Positions 30,517 through 39,880 of a stretch of DNA of 64,000 nucleotides are shown here, in pieces; the first letter of the stretch is position 1; each line of letters starts with the position of its first letter. Origin of the DNA: Myxococcales bacterium (lineage in GTDB: Bacteria > Myxococcota_A > UBA9042 > JABWCM01 > BTVJ01). Below the pieces are notes generated by a model that was not told the origin of the DNA, did not search any database, and worked only from the letters and a program-made list of their open reading frames with translations. Made by a program: the position numbers and the translations under genes. The DNA is taken from contig BTVJ01000039.1 in the NCBI GenBank assembly GCA_045863395.1, positions 1 to 64,000 on the forward strand, in the 5' to 3' direction.

Positions 30517-32805
30517 TCAGCGGCTGCACACCGCCAGGACCTGCTTCAGGTCCGTCTTGCCCATCACCGACTTCTCGATGCCGTCCTGGAGCAGCGTGGT
30601 CATGCCGTCGGCCATGGCGAGGTCCCGGGTCTCGGACACCGGCGCCTTCTTCTGGGTGGCGGCCTTGACCGCGTCGGTGCCTACCAGCAGCGCGTGGATC
30701 GCGAGGCGTCCCTTGTAGCCCGTGCCCTTGCACGCCTCGCAGCCCGGCGCGCTCCAGAGGCGCAGCTCGCTCCGGTCCCGCACGCCGAGGCGCCTTCGCA
30801 TCTGGGCCTCTCCGAAGCTCTGCTCGATCTCGTCGGCCTCGGCCTCGGTGGCGGGCCCCTGCTGGCGGCACCGCTTGCACAGGGCGCGGGCGAGGCGCTG
30901 GGCCATGACGCCGAGCAGGGCGTCCGAGAAGGTGAACGGGTCGAGGCCCATGTCGAGCAGGCGCGTGATTGTCTCGGGGGCGCTGTTGGTGTGGAGCGTG
31001 GAGAGCACGAGGTGGCCCGTCAGCGACGCCTCGATGGCTGTGCTGGCGGTCTCCTCGTCGCGCATCTCGCCGATCATGATCACGTCCGGGTCCGCCCGCA
31101 GGAAGGCGCGCATGGCGGCGGCGAAGGTGAAGCCGATCTTCGGGCGCACCTGGACCTGGCGCAGCCCGGGCTGGGTGATCTCCACTGGATCCTCGGCGGT
31201 CCAGATCTTCCGTCCGACGGTGTTGATGGAGCCGAGCGCCGAGTGGAGGGTGGTGGTCTTGCCGCTGCCCGTCGGGCCCACGCAGAGGACGAGGCCGTAG
31301 GGCCTGGACACGATCTTCTTCAGCTCCGCCAGGTTGCGCTCGGAGAGTCCCATCTCGTCGATGGGCAGCGGGCGTGACGAGGCCAGGATGCGAAGCACCA
31401 CGTCCTCGTTGCCGTTGACGGTGGGGATGGTCGCCACGCGGAGCTCGATGAGGCCGCCCTCCGTGCGGAAGCGGATCTTGCCGTCCTGGGGCCGGCGCTT
31501 CTCCGAGATGTCCAGGTGGGCCATGATCTTGATGCGCGCCACCACCGGGTTGCGCACGGACGGGGGGATGGTCTGGTACAGGCTGCATTGGCCGTCCACA
31601 CGGAAGCGGACCAGCGTGTTCTGGTCGCCGCCGTTGGGCTCGATGTGGATGTCAGAGGCGCCGAGGCGCACGGCGTCGATGATCGTCTGGTTGACGAGCT
31701 TCACGACGGCGCTGTCCGACTCCTGGACGACGTCGAGGGGTTCGGCTTCCTGCTCCTCCTCGGCCTCGGCGGACTCCAGGGCGCGGAGGATGACGTCCAT
31801 CTCCTTGCCCACCTGGGGGCCATCTGCGGTGCGGCTCTCGAGGTATCGCGCGAGCTGGGACGGGGCGGCGAGCACCTCCTGGACCGCCTTGCCCAGAGAG
31901 AAGCGAACGACGTCCTGGACCTCGGTGTTGAGCGGGTCCGAGATGGCGACCACCACGCGGGTCCCGTCGGTGTCCAGGGGAAGGATGCCCAGCTTCTTTG
32001 CGGCCTCGACGCCAATCTGCTGCATGGCGCCCGGGTTGATGTCCACCTCGTCCAGGTCGACGAAGGGCAGGTGGAACTTGCGGGCGAGGGTCTGGTAGAG
32101 GGCGACCTCGGAGACTATCTGCATGTCGACGAGGATCTGCCCGAGTCGTCGCCCTCTCCGGCGCCGCTGCTCGCCGAGGGCGGCCTCAATCTCCTCGCCG
32201 GTCGCGAGGCCCTGCTCCACGAGCACCTCACCGATGCGCAGCGTGCGCCGCGCCTGGAGCTGGCGCGCCGCGTCCACTTCCTCCATGGTCACCGCCCGCT
32301 GCTGCACCAGGATCTGTCCGATGGGCAGCTTGCGCTCGCGGGCCTGGTAGGCGACGCCCAACGAGAGGTCGGAGGCGTCCAGCGCCCCCCCGCTCAGCAG
32401 CATGGACCCGAGCGGCTCGGTGCTCTCCTTGGCGTTGACCCCGCCCGCGTAGAAGTACAGGTCGCTGAAGGGGCTCGTCGGCTCGGTGGGCCACGCCTGG
32501 AAGCCCAAGGGGTGGTCCAGCTCCGCCTGTGGCGCCACCACCTCGAAGGAGGCGCCGCCCGCGACGTGCACCCGCAGCGTCTCCGGCAGGGTGATCGAGG
32601 GGCGCGCCAGCTCCGAGCCCGCGTGTCGCTTGAACGCCACGTAGGCGACGCGCTCGGTCTCGATGCGCGTCTTGCGGGTCTGGCCGTCCTCGGCCACCTC
32701 GACGATCAGCTCCGTGGCCATGGGGGTGAACGCCAGGACGCGCCCGTGGACGGTGCGCCCGTCGACCAGGCCCACCTGCGCGGGCGATGCGGCTCTCGTG
32801 CTCAA
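30517..32805 (-). CDS. pilB: PilB/GspE-family secretion ATPase with N-terminal extra domain and tandem MshEN-like repeats
   Basis: ASDIHIEP, GPTGSGKTTTL Walker A, AEDPVE, LRADPDVIMIGEMRD, TGHLVLSTLHTN, CxxC pairs; TTG start with AGGAGG. Confidence 0.9.
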   Translation of the reverse strand: MSTRAASPAQVGLVDGRTVHGRVLAFTPMATELIVEVAEDGQTRKTRIETERVAYVAFKRHAGSELARPSITLPETLRVHVAGGASFEVVAPQAELDHPLGFQAWPTEPTSPFSDLYFYAGGVNAKESTEPLGSMLLSGGALDASDLSLGVAYQARERKLPIGQILVQQRAVTMEEVDAARQLQARRTLRIGEVLVEQGLATGEEIEAALGEQRRRRGRRLGQILVDMQIVSEVALYQTLARKFHLPFVDLDEVDINPGAMQQIGVEAAKKLGILPLDTDGTRVVVAISDPLNTEVQDVVRFSLGKAVQEVLAAPSQLARYLESRTADGPQVGKEMDVILRALESAEAEEEQEAEPLDVVQESDSAVVKLVNQTIIDAVRLGASDIHIEPNGGDQNTLVRFRVDGQCSLYQTIPPSVRNPVVARIKIMAHLDISEKRRPQDGKIRFRTEGGLIELRVATIPTVNGNEDVVLRILASSRPLPIDEMGLSERNLAELKKIVSRPYGLVLCVGPTGSGKTTTLHSALGSINTVGRKIWTAEDPVEITQPGLRQVQVRPKIGFTFAAAMRAFLRADPDVIMIGEMRDEETASTAIEASLTGHLVLSTLHTNSAPETITRLLDMGLDPFTFSDALLGVMAQRLARALCKRCRQQGPATEAEADEIEQSFGEAQMRRRLGVRDRSELRLWSAPGCEACKGTGYKGRLAIHALLVGTDAVKAATQKKAPVSETRDLAMADGMTTLLQDGIEKSVMGKTDLKQVLAVCSR

Positions 32806-33059
32806 GGGTCCTCCTGGGGGTGCTCGACTGCTCCCGCGTGGTAGCACGGAGCGGGCACGGCGACAAGCGGCGAGCGAACGGAGGCCGTGCGCTGACACCC
32901 TCTCGGGGACCACGCAGCCGCCGCGTCGCCTCGACTCAGGCTGAAGGGGTGCCGATGCTGGTTCGCGGCGTTCTCGGCGTCGGGAAGATGGACGCCCTCG
33001 GGTGGACGGTCTCGATCCCGCGCGAGGGACCTGCGGAGTGGCTCACCCGTGCGCCCGCC

Positions 33060-35330
33060 TCACCACGTGAAGCGCACCATGCCGTGCCCGGCTCGGCCGC
33101 CCACCGTGGTGCTCCCGTTCGCGACGCCGCCGATGTAGGAGGACCCGCCCGCGGCCGCCTTGCAGTGGCAAGCGCCGCCGCCGCCATACCAGCCGCCGCC
33201 GCCGCCGCCGACGGCGCCGCAGCCGCACGAGCCGCCGGCCTGGCCGCCCTGACCGAAGGTCCCCGCGGTACAGACGAAGTTGCAGGAGTAGCCCCCCGGC
33301 AGACCACCGGCGCTCGGGGTGCCCGGGGTCGGCTGGTCGCCCGAGTTGCAGGACCCCGATGGGGCGCCGCCCGTGAGGCCGCCGCCATGCCCGCCGAACG
33401 TGGTGGCTGCGCTCGGGCAGGTGGAGCCGGCGCCGCCGCCGCCGCCCGCGACGATCACGCGGTGGTTGAGTGTGGTCCCGCCGTAGCGCACGTCGGAGCC
33501 GCCGCCACCACCGCCGAACTCCGTGGTGCCCGAGCCCGGACCGCCACCGCCGTTCCAGCCGCCGGCGGTGGTCGTGCCCTGGCCACCGACGTACACGCTG
33601 AGCGTCTGGCCAGCCGTCACGGTCAGCTCGCCCTTCGCGTAGCCGCCCTGACCCGCGCGCCCCGTGCTCGGATCGCCGCCCTGAGCCCCCCACGTCTCGA
33701 TGAGCACCTTGCACACGCCGCCTGGGACGACCCACTGCTGGACCGACCCCGTGTAGTTGAAGGTCAGTGTGTTGCTGCCGATGGTGCCGCAGCTCGTCAC
33801 GGTCACGTTTGCGGACGCCGTCGAGCTGCAGCCGCCGCCATCCGTCACCTTGAGGGTCACCGAGTAGGTGCCGGCGCTCGACCAGGTCGTCGATGCGTCC
33901 TTCGAGGTCGCCGTCGCCGGGCTGCCGTTCTGGAAGGTCCACAGGTAGGTCATGCCCGCCTGGTTCGCAGAGACTGCGGCGGCGGAGCCCACGCCGACAG
34001 TGCTCGGGGCGGTGAAGGCTGCGGACGGATAGGATGAGCACTGGCAGGCCAGGTCGCGCCAACCGGCGTCACCGAACCAGACCTGCAGGCACCCCGTCGT
34101 CGTGTTCATCACCTGGAGACCGAGCGCCGGGCTCGGGATCGCGTCGCGCTGGGAGCTGGTCAGCCGCGGCGGCAGAAAGCCCCCCGTGGTGCCGGCGATC
34201 TCCAGGGTCGCCGAAGGGTCGGGAGCCCCCGTGCCGCCGATGCGCACCCTGCTCCCCGTTACGGTGAGACCCACCGTGCCGCCGGTGGTGACCGCGAGCT
34301 GGTTGTCGGCTGGGCGGAACAGGCCCGTGTCCGTGTCGCCGCTGAAGCTGTGGCCGGGCTTCGTCGTGGTGCCCGCTGGGGAGAGGAGCTGCCCGCCGCT
34401 GCTGGTGACGTCGCCGGCCGCGGTGATGCCGGCTCCGACGACGTTCAGGGCGCCGTGGAATGTGCCGGCGCCCGCGGTCGTCGGTCCCCACCCGCTGCCG
34501 TCCACCGTGAGCACGCGCAGGCCCGCCGCTGCCTGGACCTGCAACGCGCCCCCGGTCTCGGTGAGCGCAGCGTCATGCACGAAGAGCCCACAGTCCGGCG
34601 CGCCCGCCGCACAGGCGTAGAGGCCTCCGTCGACCGTGAGCTGGCCGACGCCGAGGACCGGCGCGAGGTCGCTGCTCCCGACGCAGCCGGTGCAGGCGAG
34701 GTCCGTCGCCGCGCCGCCCTTCGCGGAGGCCCCTGCGAAGCTGAAGCTGACCTTGTCCGCGGTCACGGCGCCCGACTGGATGTGGGTCGTCGCGATGGCA
34801 CCGCTGGCGATGTCGGTCGCGGCAATGCAGCCCAGGCACTCGACGTCCGCCGCTGCGCCGCCCGCGGAGTTTCCGATGGCCCAGGGGAAGCTCACGTGGG
34901 CTGCGGCTACGCACCCCGAGCACGCCAGGTCGGCCGCGACCAGAGACGTGGAGGCATGGTGGGAGCTCAGGGCGTAGGGGACCGGGCGGACCGGTCTGCG
35001 GGGCAACGTCTCTGCGCCGACCTTGGTTTCGAGCCAGAGCACGCTCGCACTCTCGACGACGCCCTCGGGGATGGGGCCCAGCTCGACGTCGAACATCCCG
35101 CCGGTGACGGTCACTGGGTTCAGCGCCTGGGAGTACAGGGCGCTGCCTCCCGTCGATGATGCGAAGAGCCCCAGGGTGAGCGCGAAGTCTCCGTTCGCGG
35201 GGCTACCCGACGACGTATAGACCGCCCCTTGGACCGTGACGATCCGATCAGGGGCCCCTTGGGCCAGGGCTGCGCAGGGTAGGGTCAGGGCTATCCAGAG
35301 TGCGATTGTCGACCGGGGATGCTTGGCCAT
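33060..35330 (-). CDS. Secreted fibre/adhesin-like protein with tail-fibre-like segments, PKD domain and C-terminal Gly-rich domain
   Basis: Signal peptide; PVPYAL; FSGDTDTGLFRPADNQL; GFLPPRLTSSQRDAI; WTF..AGTYSVTLKVTD; WGAQGG...GGGGGGWYGGG. Confidence 0.85.
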   Translation of the reverse strand: MAKHPRSTIALWIALTLPCAALAQGAPDRIVTVQGAVYTSSGSPANGDFALTLGLFASSTGGSALYSQALNPVTVTGGMFDVELGPIPEGVVESASVLWLETKVGAETLPRRPVRPVPYALSSHHASTSLVAADLACSGCVAAAHVSFPWAIGNSAGGAAADVECLGCIAATDIASGAIATTHIQSGAVTADKVSFSFAGASAKGGAATDLACTGCVGSSDLAPVLGVGQLTVDGGLYACAAGAPDCGLFVHDAALTETGGALQVQAAAGLRVLTVDGSGWGPTTAGAGTFHGALNVVGAGITAAGDVTSSGGQLLSPAGTTTKPGHSFSGDTDTGLFRPADNQLAVTTGGTVGLTVTGSRVRIGGTGAPDPSATLEIAGTTGGFLPPRLTSSQRDAIPSPALGLQVMNTTTGCLQVWFGDAGWRDLACQCSSYPSAAFTAPSTVGVGSAAAVSANQAGMTYLWTFQNGSPATATSKDASTTWSSAGTYSVTLKVTDGGGCSSTASANVTVTSCGTIGSNTLTFNYTGSVQQWVVPGGVCKVLIETWGAQGGDPSTGRAGQGGYAKGELTVTAGQTLSVYVGGQGTTTAGGWNGGGGPGSGTTEFGGGGGGSDVRYGGTTLNHRVIVAGGGGGAGSTCPSAATTFGGHGGGLTGGAPSGSCNSGDQPTPGTPSAGGLPGGYSCNFVCTAGTFGQGGQAGGSCGCGAVGGGGGGWYGGGGACHCKAAAGGSSYIGGVANGSTTVGGRAGHGMVRFTW

Positions 35331-35463
35331 CGGGTCCCTGCCTGGTGGAAGTGTGAACCGAAGTATAGGATTGTGGTCGCGAACGACCTACGCATTTTTG
35401 CTGGTGACCAAGCGGCGTGGTTGCATGGAGCTGGCCGCAGCGCGGCGGGGGCAGGAGGGAAGG

Positions 35464-38259
35464 ATGGTTCGGCGGCTCCTGTGGCTCTCTTGGTTCGTGG
35501 TCGCAGGGTGCGCCGCGGATGCAACCAGCCTTCCTCCATCAGCGGACGGTGGACCGGGCGACGCAGCGGGCGATGGGGCAAGTGGGGTGGAAGCCGACGC
35601 GGGCGATGCGGATTCAGGGGGGGCGCCTGGTGAAGACGTGGGAGGGACGGGCGACGGCTCGAGCGGCGAAGACACCGCGCCGTGGGATGTGGATGCGGAA
35701 GGCGACGCGCTTGATGCCTGGCCCGACGTGGACGTGGCGGTGCCCTTCGATGCAGGTGGCGCAGGCGACGACGTCGGAGACACCAGTGCGCTCGACGGAG
35801 GCGGCGGAGCGGATGCAGTGGACAGTGCGGGTGACCAGGACGTTCCTCAGCAACCGGATGCCTCGATCACCCCGGATGGAGGAGAACCGGACGTGATCCC
35901 AGGCGATGACGCTGCGACCTGCGGCGCCTGCGACGACGGGGACCCCTGCACGGTGGACATCTGCGATCCGGCCGGGGGCGGGTGCACGAGCGCGCCCCTC
36001 CTCTGCGACGACGGAGACCCCTGCACGGCGGATGACTGCGACTCGGCCGGGGGCGGGTGCACGAGCACGCCCGTCCCCTGTGACGATGGAGATCCCTGTA
36101 GCGTCGACGCGTGCCTCTCTGGGGCCTGTACGCACGGCCCCGTCGGGTGCGGCGATGGAGACCCTTGTACCGCCGATGCGTGCGACCCGAGCGCCGGCTG
36201 CACCCATGCCCCCGTGCCCGGGTGTGTCGGGTGCGTCGTCGCGGCCGATTGCGTGGACGGCGACGTGTGCACGGTCGATCTGTGCGCCGCCGGGAGTGGG
36301 GTGTGCAGCTATGCTCCCGCGACGTGCGACGACCTCAACCCCTGTACGGACGACCTCTGTGACCCGATCGCGGGATGCTCCCAAGTTGCGGCGGACTGCT
36401 CCGATGGAGACGCCTGCACCGATGACCTCTGCGATCCCGCTCTTGGCTGTGCGCCCGCCCCAGTCGACTGCGACGACGGGAGCCTCTGTACGGATGACCT
36501 CTGCGACCCGGTGGCTGGCGCGTGCGCCCCTGAAGAGGTGTTCTGCGACGACGGGGATCCCTGCACGGCGGACGCGTGTCTTTGGTGGGCTGGGTGCTCC
36601 CACTCTGGGGTCTTCTGCGATGACGGCGACCCGTGCACCACGGACTCGTGCGGGCCTTCCGGGTGCGCGAGCCTGGCGGCCTGCGAGGACGGGGACACTT
36701 GCACCGACGACTTCTGCGACGCGGTAACAGGGTGCATCCACGTCGCGGTTCCCTGCGGCGACGGGGATGCCTGTGTCCTCGTCTCCTGTGACCCGGTCGC
36801 CGGCTGCGTGAGCGCACCTGTTGTGTGCGACGACGGCAAGAGCTGCACCGTCGATGCCTGCGATCCGATCACCGGCTGCGTCCACGCAGTCTCCTGCGAT
36901 GACGGTCTGGCCTGCACCGATGACGGGTGCGATGGGGACGGCGCCTGTTCGCACGTAGCGTCGGTGTGTGACGACGGGAATGCCTGCACACAGGACTCCT
37001 GCTCCGAGCCTGCCGGGTGCTCGCACGCGCTCAAGCCCTGCGGGGACGGCGATCCCTGTACGGAGGACTCGTGCGATCCGGCGTCGGGCGAGTGCGCGAA
37101 CCAGGCCCTTCCTGGGTGTACGGGAGGGTGCTCAGGACCGACGGCGGACTGCGCCGATGCTGACCCTTGCACAGTCGACGCCTGCGACCTGGCGACGGAT
37201 CGCTGCGTCCATCTCCCGACTCCGTGCGGTGATGGGGACCCGTGCACGCTGGATGAGTGCGCCGATGGTGGATGCGTACACTCTCTGGCTCCCGCCTGTG
37301 TGGGGTGCGCGGTTGACGCGGACTGCGATGATGCGGACCCCTGCTCGGCGGACGTCTGCGGGGCGCTTGGAGAGTGCCACCACGAGCCGCAAGGGGAGTG
37401 CATTCCCTGCGTCGGGGCGTGCTACAGCGGCGACGCGTGCGTGAGCGCCGCGTGCGATCTCGGGACCCTGACCTGCACGTTCGTCGTCGTGGACTGCGAC
37501 GACAGCGACGCCTGCACGAACGACTCGTGTGATCCGGAGGCCGGTTGTCTCAACGCGCCCGAGTCCTGCGACGACGGGGACGGCTGCACGGCGGACCGGT
37601 GTGACCCGGGCCTGGGGTGCGCATGGGAACTGGACGACTGCGATGATGGCCTCTCGTGCACCGCCGACCTCTGCGACAGCGACTCGGGTTGCCTCCACAT
37701 CGTCACGTGCAGCGACGGTGACCCATGCACCGGGGACGCCTGCCTGCCTCCGGGGGTCTGTGCCACCCAGTCCGAACCGTGCGACGACGGAGACGGCTGC
37801 ACGGAGGACTGGTGTGACGCGGGGTACGGGTGCCGGCACGCGCCCGCGATCTGCGACGACGACGACCCTTGCACGGATGACCGTTGTGACGCGGAGGTAG
37901 GCGGGTGTGTCCACGAGGTCCTGCTGACCTGTGCCCCCTGCTTCGGACCATCGAGCTGTGACGACGTCGACCCGTGCACGGTGGACTCTTGCTCCCCGAG
38001 CGGGAGCTGCGCGCATGCGCTCGTCGTGTGTGACGACGGAGACGCATGCACGGGAGACGCGTGTGGTCTGGGCGGCGCCTGCCTCCATCCGCCCCGCGAC
38101 TGTGCTGACGGCAATTCATGTACGACGGACGGGTGCGATCCCCTGGGTGGCTGCACCGTGGTGCTGAAGGACTGCGGGGACGGCGACCGGTGCACGCTGG
38201 ACATCTGCGATGCTGCCACCGGGGCGTGCCTCCACGGCCCGCTGCCGTCGTGCCCCTGA
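35464..38259 (+). CDS. Cys/Asp-rich lipoprotein made almost entirely of Dictyostelium-type repeats
   Basis: Lipobox VAGC; acidic linker; dozens of CDDGDPCTxDxCDPxxGC units (~75 bp). Confidence 0.88.
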   Translation: MVRRLLWLSWFVVAGCAADATSLPPSADGGPGDAAGDGASGVEADAGDADSGGAPGEDVGGTGDGSSGEDTAPWDVDAEGDALDAWPDVDVAVPFDAGGAGDDVGDTSALDGGGGADAVDSAGDQDVPQQPDASITPDGGEPDVIPGDDAATCGACDDGDPCTVDICDPAGGGCTSAPLLCDDGDPCTADDCDSAGGGCTSTPVPCDDGDPCSVDACLSGACTHGPVGCGDGDPCTADACDPSAGCTHAPVPGCVGCVVAADCVDGDVCTVDLCAAGSGVCSYAPATCDDLNPCTDDLCDPIAGCSQVAADCSDGDACTDDLCDPALGCAPAPVDCDDGSLCTDDLCDPVAGACAPEEVFCDDGDPCTADACLWWAGCSHSGVFCDDGDPCTTDSCGPSGCASLAACEDGDTCTDDFCDAVTGCIHVAVPCGDGDACVLVSCDPVAGCVSAPVVCDDGKSCTVDACDPITGCVHAVSCDDGLACTDDGCDGDGACSHVASVCDDGNACTQDSCSEPAGCSHALKPCGDGDPCTEDSCDPASGECANQALPGCTGGCSGPTADCADADPCTVDACDLATDRCVHLPTPCGDGDPCTLDECADGGCVHSLAPACVGCAVDADCDDADPCSADVCGALGECHHEPQGECIPCVGACYSGDACVSAACDLGTLTCTFVVVDCDDSDACTNDSCDPEAGCLNAPESCDDGDGCTADRCDPGLGCAWELDDCDDGLSCTADLCDSDSGCLHIVTCSDGDPCTGDACLPPGVCATQSEPCDDGDGCTEDWCDAGYGCRHAPAICDDDDPCTDDRCDAEVGGCVHEVLLTCAPCFGPSSCDDVDPCTVDSCSPSGSCAHALVVCDDGDACTGDACGLGGACLHPPRDCADGNSCTTDGCDPLGGCTVVLKDCGDGDRCTLDICDAATGACLHGPLPSCP

Positions 38260-38358
38260 CGTGGCACGGCTTCGGGCGCTCCACGGCGCGACTTGAGGAG
38301 TGCCCCCGAGGCTCGTGGGTCAAGTCGCTTGCTCTACTGTAGAGAGGCAGACCCGTAT

Positions 38359-39654
38359 CTACTCCCCCGGCCCCTTCAGCTCCGGGTACTTGGCGCGCAG
38401 CGCGTCCAGGCGCGCATCTACCGGGCCATCGGCGGGGAGGTCCTGGGTCACCTCGGGGAAGTCGTAGGAGATGTTGCTGCGGGAGGCGTCCACCTCGCCC
38501 AGGTCCGCCAGGTCCAGCGTGAGCGTCTGACGCTCCGCCTTGAGCTTCGCCACGTTCTGCTTGAGCCAGTCGAGGTTGCGGGCGGCGCCGGGGTCCTGTG
38601 TCGCGGCCTCGATGGCCTTCTCCCGCTCGGCGATGCGGGTGTCCAGGTCCGCCACCTGCTGCTGGAGGGCGGCACGGCGGCCCGGGTCCGTGAAGACGAG
38701 CTCCTCGTCCCCCGGCGCGACGTGCAGCGTCAGGACGCTGAAGCGCTTCCCCTTCTCCCAGGAGTCGCAGACGTAGGTGTGGCCGACGGTGACCGGGTAC
38801 GTCTGTTCGCGCATGTCGGACGTGCCCAGGATGGCGGTCAGCTCCGGCACGGCGCGGGCGAGCGCCTCCGCGTCGGTCAGGGGGAGCATCGCCAGCGCCA
38901 CGATGATGCGGACGCCGTCCTTGCGCAGGGTCTCCACCTCGCGGCGCACCGCCTCGGTGGGGTCGGAGACTCGCACCCCCCAGGCCGCGGTGAGGCGCTC
39001 CGCGTCCAGGAAGTGAGGGGAGAGCACGCTGACGACGCCGATGCGGTGGCCCGCCTTGGTGATCACCGTGTGCCCCGGGAAGACGGGCTGGCCGCCGGCG
39101 TCGAGGAGGTTGGCGCTCAGGAACGGGAACTTCGCCCGCTTCGCCAGCTCCCGCAGGCGGTCGAGGCCGATGGCCAGGTCCTTCTCTGCGACGCCCTGGG
39201 CGTCGAGCCCCATGAGGCCGTAGGCGTCGACGATGGCCTCGGCGCGGTCCTGCTCCCGCTCGCGGAAGGTCTCGCCGATCTCCGTCGACGCGGTCAGCGT
39301 GTTGCCTGCGTCGAGCAGCAGGGCGGCCTCCCACTGGGAGGCGTTCTGGCCGATCCACCCCTTGTGGCGGGCGATGCCGCCCAGCGGCTTGGCGCGGCAG
39401 CCGCAGTCGTTGATCTCGCCCACGCGGTTGGCCGTGTGGATGACCGCGATGCGGGTCCTGCCGGTGGGCGCCGCATCCGGGGACGTCGGTGGGGAGTCGG
39501 GGGCGGCCTCGGGGGGCGTCTTCGCCAGGGGGGCGTCCTGGGCGACGCCGGGCGTGGCGGCAGCGGGTGTGGGCGGAGACGTCGGGGCGGCCTCCTGGCC
39601 CTTGCAGCCCAGCGCCATGCCCAGGGTCAACAGGAGCAGGCTCGTGCGGTTCAT
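38359..39654 (-). CDS. Lipoprotein with UshA/5'-nucleotidase N-terminal-like (metallophosphoesterase fold) domain and CGC motif
   Basis: Lipobox ALGC; GEINDCGC..PLGGIAR, LLLDAGN, FPFLSANL, IGVVSV; GAGG RBS. Confidence 0.82.
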   Translation of the reverse strand: MNRTSLLLLTLGMALGCKGQEAAPTSPPTPAAATPGVAQDAPLAKTPPEAAPDSPPTSPDAAPTGRTRIAVIHTANRVGEINDCGCRAKPLGGIARHKGWIGQNASQWEAALLLDAGNTLTASTEIGETFREREQDRAEAIVDAYGLMGLDAQGVAEKDLAIGLDRLRELAKRAKFPFLSANLLDAGGQPVFPGHTVITKAGHRIGVVSVLSPHFLDAERLTAAWGVRVSDPTEAVRREVETLRKDGVRIIVALAMLPLTDAEALARAVPELTAILGTSDMREQTYPVTVGHTYVCDSWEKGKRFSVLTLHVAPGDEELVFTDPGRRAALQQQVADLDTRIAEREKAIEAATQDPGAARNLDWLKQNVAKLKAERQTLTLDLADLGEVDASRSNISYDFPEVTQDLPADGPVDARLDALRAKYPELKGPGE

Positions 39655-39880
39655 GTTCACCTCGAATCGCGGGCAGACGACCCCGCGGGCCGGAGTCGTG
39701 TACCACAAGAGTCGCGGGGACGCACCCGTATGCCCGGAGCGGGGGCCGGAGCATTGCCAGCGCGGCCTCGGGAGAGGCCCGGGTGAGGCTCCTCTGGCCC
39801 TCGGGGCGCCGGCCCGGTGGGCACGATGGGGCTGGCCCCGCTCCCCGGCGGCGCTATACTCCGGCGCTGGAAGGTGAGCG

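Noticed and set aside
39390..39415. Selenocysteine recoding in the UshA-like gene
   Set aside because: Both Cys codons of the CGC motif are TGC; there is no in-frame TGA.
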